Assembly: GCA_964551375.1 (NCBI GenBank)
Contig: CAZKBG010000001.1
Location: 300,001 to 332,000 of the forward strand
From: an uncultured archaeon
GTDB taxonomy: Archaea > Iainarchaeota > Iainarchaeia > Iainarchaeales > JAAZKV01
Direction of reading: 5' to 3'
Length of the DNA: 32,000 nt
Part shown: piece after piece, positions 25,476 through 32,000 of the stretch
Position numbering within the stretch: position 1 is the first letter of the stretch
Layout: each line of letters opens with the position of its first letter
Made by a program: the position numbers and the translations under genes
The notes under the pieces: model-generated
Databases searched by the model: none
What the model was told of the DNA's origin: nothing
What the model saw: only the letters and a program-made list of their open reading frames with translations

Positions 25476-25826
25476 ATGGGTTCAGAAAAAAGTGTTAGCG
25501 TTGGGCTGATTCAAGAGTTTAAAGAGTTTTTAAAAGAATACAAAATTTTAGCTCTTGCAATAGCATTCATTATGGGTATTGCAGCAACTGCGCTAATCAA
25601 ATCACTTGTTGATAATGTAATAATGCCTCCAATCGGGCTAGTACTAGGCGGAATAAATTTCAAGGATTTCGCATTAATACTAAAACCAGCTACAGACACA
25701 ACAGCAGCAGTAGCAGTACAATATGGAGCATTCATCGGAGAACTAATCAACTTCGTGATAATCGCATTCGTTGTATTCCTGATGGCAAAATTCATCATGG
25801 GCGAATCAAAAGTAACTAAGAAGTAA
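25476..25826 (+). CDS. mscL: Large-conductance mechanosensitive channel MscL
   Basis: 116 aa: FKEFLKEYKILALAIAFIMGIAATALIKSLVDNVIMPPIGLVLGG and a second TM helix. Confidence 0.9.
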   Translation: MGSEKSVSVGLIQEFKEFLKEYKILALAIAFIMGIAATALIKSLVDNVIMPPIGLVLGGINFKDFALILKPATDTTAAVAVQYGAFIGELINFVIIAFVVFLMAKFIMGESKVTKK

Positions 25827-25937
25827 AAAAGTATTTAACACGGCGGAATTGCAGCATTTGCAATTTTGCCCATGCTTTTTTTAAATCCAATTAAATTTTG
25901 CATAAAATATTTACTAATCACAACTAAGGTTTGAAAG

Positions 25938-26447
25938 GTGAAAAATATGGTCTCAAAAAAAGCTGAACAAATAAAAGTGGATAAATTTACTAACAAAAAA
26001 GCTCCAATCGTGGAGCTATTAAACAGCGAAGAGAAATTGATTAAACTTAGCGACTACTTGGGCAAAAAAGTTCTTTTGTACTTTTATCCAAGGGACATGA
26101 CGCCTGGATGCACAATTGAAGCCCAGATGTTCAACAAAAGCCTCCCAAAATTTGACGAATTAAACACGATAGTTCTTGGAGTAAGCACTGACTCATGCAA
26201 TTCGCACCAAAAATTCAGCGAAAAACACAAACTCAATTTTGAGCTCCTTTCTGATGAAAAAAGAGAAGTTGTGAACAAATACGGCGTTTGGGTGAAGAAG
26301 AAATTCATGGGAAAAGAATACATGGGGACAAATAGAGAGACTTTTTTGATTAATGAAAAAGGAATTGTGGTTAAACATTACACAAAAGTAAATCCGCTCA
26401 CACACGCTGATGAGGTAATTAGAGATATAAAAGAATTAAACGCTTAA
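25938..26447 (+). CDS. bcp: Peroxiredoxin, Bcp/thiol peroxidase type
   Basis: 169 aa: LLYFYPRDMTPGCTIEAQMFN, VLGVSTDSCNSHQKFSEKHKLNFELLSD. Confidence 0.93.
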   Translation: MKNMVSKKAEQIKVDKFTNKKAPIVELLNSEEKLIKLSDYLGKKVLLYFYPRDMTPGCTIEAQMFNKSLPKFDELNTIVLGVSTDSCNSHQKFSEKHKLNFELLSDEKREVVNKYGVWVKKKFMGKEYMGTNRETFLINEKGIVVKHYTKVNPLTHADEVIRDIKELNA

Positions 26448-26554
26448 AAACTACAAATCAAAAACTAAACAAATCAAACTAAATAAATAAAAACTAAAAA
26501 AAAATCAAAAAACTAAAACTTAACAAATATAAATTAAAATTAAAAAAAAGCTAA

Positions 26555-26578
26555 TTTTGGGCAAATTAATGCCCAAAA
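26555..26578. terminator. Intergenic hairpin between convergent genes (candidate terminator)
   Basis: TTTTGGGC-AAATTAAT-GCCCAAAA, perfect 8-bp arms, between the stop codons of convergent genes at 26447 and 26608. Confidence 0.4.
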
Positions 26579-26607
26579 CAAGTTTCTCCTTCAGTTTTAT
26601 CCAAAAG

Positions 26608-26943
26608 TTACATTTTTGGGAACCATGAAGGTCTGTCATCAACTGCGAATGAGAAGTATGCATACACTTCAGTCATCCAAGCAACTATTGATGCCAACAG
26701 ATTTGGAGCCACTCTCTGCGCCAATATTAGGCATGTTATTAGATTTATTACCCAAAGCACACAGAAAATAATGCCCACGATTATCCCGATTATATAAAAT
26801 ATAATCGCCATTGGAATTCGGATTATTACCTCCAGTCTGCTTGCTTCCTTTTTTGTATCAATTTTTACTGAAACTGCCAAAAAATCACCTGTTAAGACAA
26901 GAAGAATTGAAGTATATATTAGTATCTTTAAGAGAAACAACAA
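26608..26943 (-). CDS. DUF4389-like membrane protein
   Basis: 111 aa: LEVIIRIPMAIIFYIIGI...NLLASIVAWMTEVYAYFSFAVDDRPSW. Confidence 0.5.
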   Translation of the reverse strand: MLFLLKILIYTSILLVLTGDFLAVSVKIDTKKEASRLEVIIRIPMAIIFYIIGIIVGIIFCVLWVINLITCLILAQRVAPNLLASIVAWMTEVYAYFSFAVDDRPSWFPKM

Positions 26944-26964
26944 ACAAAAAATTAGAAAAATAAA

Positions 26965-27037
26965 CGCCTTTGGGAGGACTTGAACCTCCGACCTACCGAT
27001 TAACAGTCGGGCGCTCTACCTACTGAGCTACAAAGGC
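26965..27037 (-). tRNA. tRNA-Asn (anticodon GUU)
   Basis: GCCTTTGTAGCTCAGTAGGTAGAGCGCCCGACTGTTAATCGGTAGGTCGGAGGTTCAAGTCCTCCCAAAGGCG; canonical cloverleaf, 73 nt. Confidence 0.95.
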
Positions 27038-27187
27038 AAAACCATTTTTTGCGACTAGTTTTTGATTTATGGTTCGCTTAACCTGCTATCAATCCTGATG
27101 AACTGTGCTTTGCAATAGCCACCAAGCTTGTTAATAAAAGTCAGCCAAGAATTGTTTATAAATTTACCCTAAATAGGCTAAAAGTGG

Positions 27188-28135
27188 CTATTCGCCGTAT
27201 GCGGTTAATAGCGCATTAAGCTGCTGGGCTTCAAATAAAGCGTCAAAAAATCTGTTAGAGTCAAGCGCAGAAATTATTTGATTTTCCTTGAATTCAGAAT
27301 ACTGATTCAAATACTCCCCCATGAAAGGAACTGAGCGGTTAACAAAATCCGCTGATAAGCCGTCAGCGCCATTCTTTTGCTTTGCAACTTTATTCATATT
27401 CACTACTGAAGATTTTGATTTTAACACAACACTGTCAATAAATTCTTTTGCGCCAGCGTCCTGCGCCATTGTTGAAAGCAATAACTCTGAAGACACATTA
27501 GTAGTGAAATTATTATCAGATAAGTATTTTGACTGGGCAATTGTGCCGATTGAAATAAGTATCATTCCTGCGCCATAAGCTTTTACAAGAGCGTATCTCT
27601 TTTCCGAATCCCCTGTACTGCTTAAAGCAGGAAGCTTGGATTCAAAAAAAGCCAAATCTTTAAGCCCTATTTGAGCCGAGCTGTTAAGTGAAAACCCGAC
27701 AGCATTATTAATATCGCTTGTTTCTTGAGAAAGAAAGAAGTTTTTTGCCTTGGTAAATTCCTCAAGAGCTTGCGCATTTGAATAAGTTTCAAAATAACTT
27801 GCTCCTCCGAGCATCATAAACAAAACAACCAAGCCGATTATGATTACAATCAACGGAATTACAATTTTTACAATAGAGCGCTTTGGTTTTTGAGAAGGAA
27901 TTTGAGCGGAAATTCCAGAAGTTGATGAATTTTGATTATTTTGTCCAACATTTTGGGAAGTGTTTTGAGTTTGATCATTCTGATTTTGGTTTTGATTCAA
28001 AACAGGAGCAATATATTCTGCTTGAGTGCTTGGCTGGGCAGGAATAGGATTCTGTCCAGTGGATTTTAGATAATCTTCCTTCCAATTATTTGATTCCCCA
28101 TTAGAATCTGAAGAATTATTTGCATTATCAGCCAT
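27188..28135 (-). CDS. Hypothetical membrane-anchored protein with disordered Q/N/S-rich N-terminus
   Basis: 315 aa: NQNQNQNDQTQNTSQNVGQNNQNSS followed by TM IVKIVIPLIVIIIGLVVLFMMLGG and a helical extracytoplasmic domain. Confidence 0.6.
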   Translation of the reverse strand: MADNANNSSDSNGESNNWKEDYLKSTGQNPIPAQPSTQAEYIAPVLNQNQNQNDQTQNTSQNVGQNNQNSSTSGISAQIPSQKPKRSIVKIVIPLIVIIIGLVVLFMMLGGASYFETYSNAQALEEFTKAKNFFLSQETSDINNAVGFSLNSSAQIGLKDLAFFESKLPALSSTGDSEKRYALVKAYGAGMILISIGTIAQSKYLSDNNFTTNVSSELLLSTMAQDAGAKEFIDSVVLKSKSSVVNMNKVAKQKNGADGLSADFVNRSVPFMGEYLNQYSEFKENQIISALDSNRFFDALFEAQQLNALLTAYGE

Positions 28136-28176
28136 TAAATCACAATAATTAAATCAAAATCTTAAGATATGATAAT

Positions 28177-29367
28177 TTAAGACTTTAATAAATCTTTTGG
28201 AGGGTTTGAAAGCAAGTAAATCCTTGCCTGCTTCTTGAACTGTTCAAGATACTGGGGAGGAAACTGAGCGCCTGCGGCAGGAATATGCCCCCCGCCCCTG
28301 CTGTCAGGAATACCAAGCGTAGCAAACTTTGCAAGCTCTCCGCAATTAACCCTAAAATCCTGCCTTCGAATAGAACATTTAATCGAATCGCCGGGTTTTT
28401 CATAAATAACAATAACCTTATCAGGATGCTCCATTGAAATAACAGTGCTTAACTTTGAAGAAAACCTATTATCGCACTTAAAGAAACAAATTTTCGTATC
28501 CTCAAAGCACTCAGCTTCAGTTTTGAAAACATCTTTTAAAATTTTAATTCTCGCGTCAAACAATTTTTTCAGAGCAATATAATCAGACTTGAATAATGCA
28601 GCAGGGCTCTTTGCTTCAATTAAAAACTCTGCCAGAGAATTTATCTTTTCAGTATACTGCGAAGTGATGCAAGTCACAATCTCTTCAAGCTCAACAATTT
28701 TCTTTTGAGTCAGCTTGTACTTTGACTTAACCCCGTTAATCAAATCAGGCCACTGATTGTCCGCGCAATCCCCAATCACTCCGATTGAGCAAATCCAGTC
28801 CCTTCCGCCGAATAAATCATAAACCATTCTTGAAACAGGATACTTTGACGGAGCAACTTCTGAAAAACTTCCGGGTTTTACAATAATGCTTTTGAACGCG
28901 TTTCCAGTCACCACTTCTCTTTGGTGATGGTCAATTGAAATAAACGGACCAACTGAATTTCCAAGGTCAAGAACAATCTGGGAAACAAAATTATCGCTCA
29001 AATCAAGAAAAATTGTTTTTTCAGGGTTAAATTCAATAAAAGTCTGCTTAGGATAAGAAAGCTGCCTCAAATAATGGTCATAAAAGAAAATTTTTGAATC
29101 AACTTTCTGCGAATCAAGGTAAAGTTTAACCTGAACCGCCGAAGTAATGCCGTCAGCGTCATTATCTGAAATAATTGCTATCTTTTTCTTAGGAGCAAGG
29201 TCCAAAAAATCCTTTATTTTCTTCGCAGTGCTTACTAATAAGTCATTTCCGCTTGATTTCCAAAGCTCTCCGCTGGCTTTTTCTTTTTTAACAAACGCGC
29301 CCTGCACTTTAATGCCAGCTGCTTTCTTAGAAGTTTTTTTAGAGGATTTTTTAGCCATAAAAATCAA
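28177..29367 (-). CDS. DHH-family phosphoesterase (archaeal RecJ-like)
   Basis: 396 aa: IAIISDNDADGITSAVQVKLYL, FISIDHHQRE, GVIGDCADNQW, DSRGGGHIPAAG. Confidence 0.88.
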   Translation of the reverse strand: MIFMAKKSSKKTSKKAAGIKVQGAFVKKEKASGELWKSSGNDLLVSTAKKIKDFLDLAPKKKIAIISDNDADGITSAVQVKLYLDSQKVDSKIFFYDHYLRQLSYPKQTFIEFNPEKTIFLDLSDNFVSQIVLDLGNSVGPFISIDHHQREVVTGNAFKSIIVKPGSFSEVAPSKYPVSRMVYDLFGGRDWICSIGVIGDCADNQWPDLINGVKSKYKLTQKKIVELEEIVTCITSQYTEKINSLAEFLIEAKSPAALFKSDYIALKKLFDARIKILKDVFKTEAECFEDTKICFFKCDNRFSSKLSTVISMEHPDKVIVIYEKPGDSIKCSIRRQDFRVNCGELAKFATLGIPDSRGGGHIPAAGAQFPPQYLEQFKKQARIYLLSNPPKDLLKS

Positions 29368-29479
29368 TAAAGTAATGGCTAATGCGGTTTATTAATCAAA
29401 CGTTAGGGGGGCTTAAAAGCACTATGGCAGAGGCATAGGAATTTAAATCGGACAACTAAAAGTGTTAATGGTGATATAG

Positions 29480-29644
29480 ATGGTGTACGAACATACAAAT
29501 TCAAAAGGAAATAAATATTATTTACACTCAAGAGGGAAATTATTTTTCTTTTCAAAGGACCCAAAGGACGGAATTGACATGCCAAGCGGATACAAGGTTG
29601 TTGAAAACCAGACTACTGGGCTTCCAATGATTAAGAAGGAATAA
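29480..29644 (+). CDS. Small conserved-looking protein missing from the ORF track
   Basis: ATG at 29480 to TAA at 29644: MVYEHTNSKGNKYYLHSRGKLFFFSKDPKDGIDMPSGYKVVENQTTGLPMIKKE (54 aa), lysine-rich, fills the gap between neighbouring genes. Confidence 0.7.
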   Translation: MVYEHTNSKGNKYYLHSRGKLFFFSKDPKDGIDMPSGYKVVENQTTGLPMIKKE

Positions 29645-29662
29645 AAACCAAGAGAATCCTAA

Positions 29663-30565
29663 TTGTTAGTGATAATAATGATTAAGGGCCCTTCACAAAT
29701 AACAGCTGAGAAAAGGGCTCTTCTTTTTGACCCGCGCGCCACCGTCACGGGACGGCTCAAGCGGCTCGCAAAAATACCAAAACTTGACTTAATCAAAGAA
29801 AGGCAGGCAAGAGAGGGCGGAATTAATATTAAGATTTTAAAGCAGGCAACCGCCAAAATGAAAAGAGTTGAAAGAGGGCTTATATCAAAAGGCGCTCCAA
29901 AAGAAGAAATCAGAATAAAACAAGCGCTAATGCTTGAAAGAGTGGCAGCAGACTTTGCCGATAACATGATTGAATCATGCAGAAGAACGAACACCACAAA
30001 TGAAGTCGCAGGCGGAGAGAAGATTATTACAAAAGAACTGACTTCAGAACAGATTGAAACACAACTTTGGGAAAAAGTCTATGGAAAATTCGTGTCAAGA
30101 GTATGCACAAAAAACGGTGCAATGGGAAAAGAAGTTCTACAAACAATAATAAAACTTAAAATATTTTTAACAGTTCCAATGCAGGTGCATAAAGAAAGGG
30201 CAAGGCACTGGAAATCAATAAGCAAAATAACAAAAAAACTAATTGAATCAGGAACCGACCCCTCAGCAAACCTTGAACATGAAGTAAAAAGAATACTTGC
30301 CCGATTTAGAAGACCAAATCACCCTGATGAAAAATCAGGACTTCACTTTGCAGCGCTTGACACAATAGTAGCTGCATCAATTTATGCTGATTTATTATCC
30401 GAGCAGTCAAAAAAACAGCTAAAATCAAAAGAGGAAAAAGAGCACTTTTGGGACTATGCTTACAGCGAAGCAATGCAAAAAATATATCCTTTTATAAGAA
30501 GCGACCCATCGCTTGTAAAATCAATACTGGAATTTGGCAAATACGGGCACGAATCCCAAAAATAA
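29663..30565 (+). CDS. Hypothetical conserved protein
   Basis: 300 aa, charged; the true start may be the MIKGPSQ Met. No family recognised. Confidence 0.6.
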   Translation: MLVIIMIKGPSQITAEKRALLFDPRATVTGRLKRLAKIPKLDLIKERQAREGGINIKILKQATAKMKRVERGLISKGAPKEEIRIKQALMLERVAADFADNMIESCRRTNTTNEVAGGEKIITKELTSEQIETQLWEKVYGKFVSRVCTKNGAMGKEVLQTIIKLKIFLTVPMQVHKERARHWKSISKITKKLIESGTDPSANLEHEVKRILARFRRPNHPDEKSGLHFAALDTIVAASIYADLLSEQSKKQLKSKEEKEHFWDYAYSEAMQKIYPFIRSDPSLVKSILEFGKYGHESQK

Positions 30566-30651
30566 CATCCTTCCTTAAAAACGCCCCAAACCTAATTCAG
30601 ACGCTTTTTAAAGACTTTTTGCTTAAAAATAACTAGAAAACGGTGGTTTTG

Positions 30652-32000
30652 ATGAGCGTTATTGAAAAGGGTAAAAAGGATAAAGAAAAAGATGAAAAGA
30701 GCAAGCTTGAAAAAGAGCTTTTCAGCGATAAAAAAAGCGCATGGGAAATGCTTGGCGAAGAGAAGAAACTTGCATTCAGATTCTGCGATGATTATAAAGA
30801 ATTCATGGACACTTACAAAACTGAAAGAGAAATTTCAGGATGGGCAGAGAGACTTGCAAAGAAAAACGGATATGTAGAAATTAGCGATGCAACAAGCGGA
30901 ACAAAAAAAATATACGCGGTCAACCACAGCAAAAATATTGTTCTACTCGATATTGGAACCGGAAAACTTTCAGACGGATTAAGGATTATTGGAGCGCACA
31001 TTGATTCATTAAGGCTTGATTTGAAACCAAATCCAGTATACGAAGCCGACCCGTTTTTGATGATTAACCTTCACTACTACGGAGGAATAAAGAAATTCCA
31101 CTGGCTTAATGTTCCATTAGCGCTTCACGGAGTAGTATTTAACAAAAAAGGCGAAAAAATTAATGTTGAAATCGGAGAAAAAGAAGACGAGCCAGTTTTT
31201 GTAATCTCCGACCTATTGCCGCACCTTGAAGGAGCGGAAGGAAAAGAAAAAGCAGCAAAAGATATTATAAAAGGAGAAGACCTTGACGCAATCGGGGCAT
31301 CAATTCCAATTGATGACAAGAAAATCAAGGAAAAATTAAAAGCGACTTTCTTAAAAGCGTTAAATGACAAGTACAAAATCACAGAAGAAGATTTTGTTTC
31401 AGCAGAAGTTTCGCTGTACCCGCTTGTAAAAGCAAGGGATGTAGGAATTGACGCAGGAATTGTTGGAGCTCCGGCTCATGACGACAGAGTATGCTCATAC
31501 ACTGCGATAATGGCTGCGCTTGAATCCAAATCAACAAATCCAAAATTAGTTCTTCTTGTTGATAAAGAAGAAGTTGGAAGCGTAGGAAACACTTCAATGG
31601 ATTCATTCTTCCTTGAAAATCTGCTTGACAGAATCGCAAAACTAAGAAAAGAGAATATTGGGGCAAAAGAAATACTTGCAAAATCAAAAGCATTGTCAGG
31701 AGACGTAACAGCAGGGCTTGACCCAAAATTCGCGGACAAAATGGACCCGACAAACATGAACAAGCTCGGACATGGAATTGCAATTGAAAAATACGGCGGA
31801 AGCGGAGGAAAATACTACTCAAGCGACGCAAATGCGGAGTTTATGTCGTGGATGAGAAGAATGCTTGACGATAACAAACTCCCTTGGCAGCACGGAGAAA
31901 TAGGAAAAGTAGACCAGGGCGGAGGAGGAACAATCGCATACATCCTCGCAAAGTACAACATGGATATTGTTGACGCAGGCCCTCCAGTTCTTGCAATGCA
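30652..32000 (+). CDS. M18 family aminopeptidase, truncated by the window end
   Basis: Open frame from ATG at 30652: IIGAHIDSLRLDLKPNP, SAEVSLYPLVKARDVGIDAGIVGAPAHDDRVCSYTAI, LLVDKEEVGSVGNTSM, VDQGGGGTIAYILAKYNMDIVDAGPPVLAM. Confidence 0.92.
   Translation, partial: MSVIEKGKKDKEKDEKSKLEKELFSDKKSAWEMLGEEKKLAFRFCDDYKEFMDTYKTEREISGWAERLAKKNGYVEISDATSGTKKIYAVNHSKNIVLLDIGTGKLSDGLRIIGAHIDSLRLDLKPNPVYEADPFLMINLHYYGGIKKFHWLNVPLALHGVVFNKKGEKINVEIGEKEDEPVFVISDLLPHLEGAEGKEKAAKDIIKGEDLDAIGASIPIDDKKIKEKLKATFLKALNDKYKITEEDFVSAEVSLYPLVKARDVGIDAGIVGAPAHDDRVCSYTAIMAALESKSTNPKLVLLVDKEEVGSVGNTSMDSFFLENLLDRIAKLRKENIGAKEILAKSKALSGDVTAGLDPKFADKMDPTNMNKLGHGIAIEKYGGSGGKYYSSDANAEFMSWMRRMLDDNKLPWQHGEIGKVDQGGGGTIAYILAKYNMDIVDAGPPVLAM

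Noticed and set aside
30813-31831. Long minus-strand ORFs (31125-31382, 31379-31831, 31476-31763)
   Set aside because: They are antisense to the M18 aminopeptidase frame, which has clear catalytic motifs but is absent from the track because its stop lies beyond the window.

Overview
The window looks like an ordinary AT-rich archaeal chromosome segment, possibly DPANN-like (inference). The supporting signs are DUF357, DUF6485-like and PF05618-like proteins, A/T-rich TATA-like boxes, and tRNA genes without an encoded CCA. Core content: a Kef-type antiporter, cysS, dapA with a nearby Lrp/AsnC regulator, a bacterial-type aspS, mscL, a Bcp-type peroxiredoxin, a DHH phosphoesterase, an MFS transporter, an M18 aminopeptidase (truncated by the window end) and three tRNAs (Leu-CAA, Ser-GCU, Asn-GUU). 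The most interesting locus is about 5.6-11.9 kb. A retropepsin-like RimK-associated protease and an overlapping GNAT gene diverge from two translationally coupled RimK-like ATP-grasp proteins (one canonical, one apparently degenerate), followed by two DUF1704/MATCAP-like HExxxH metallopeptidase paralogs. A LysW-like small acidic zinc-ribbon protein lies on the protease side. Together this suggests an uncharacterised peptide or amino-acid ligation/removal (writer/eraser) system. A second notable locus (13.0-15.5 kb) pairs a PurD-like ATP-grasp carrying a low-complexity N-terminal extension with two tandem SET-domain proteins. Family calls come from reading motifs by eye; no database search was run. 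No CRISPR array or transposon was seen.
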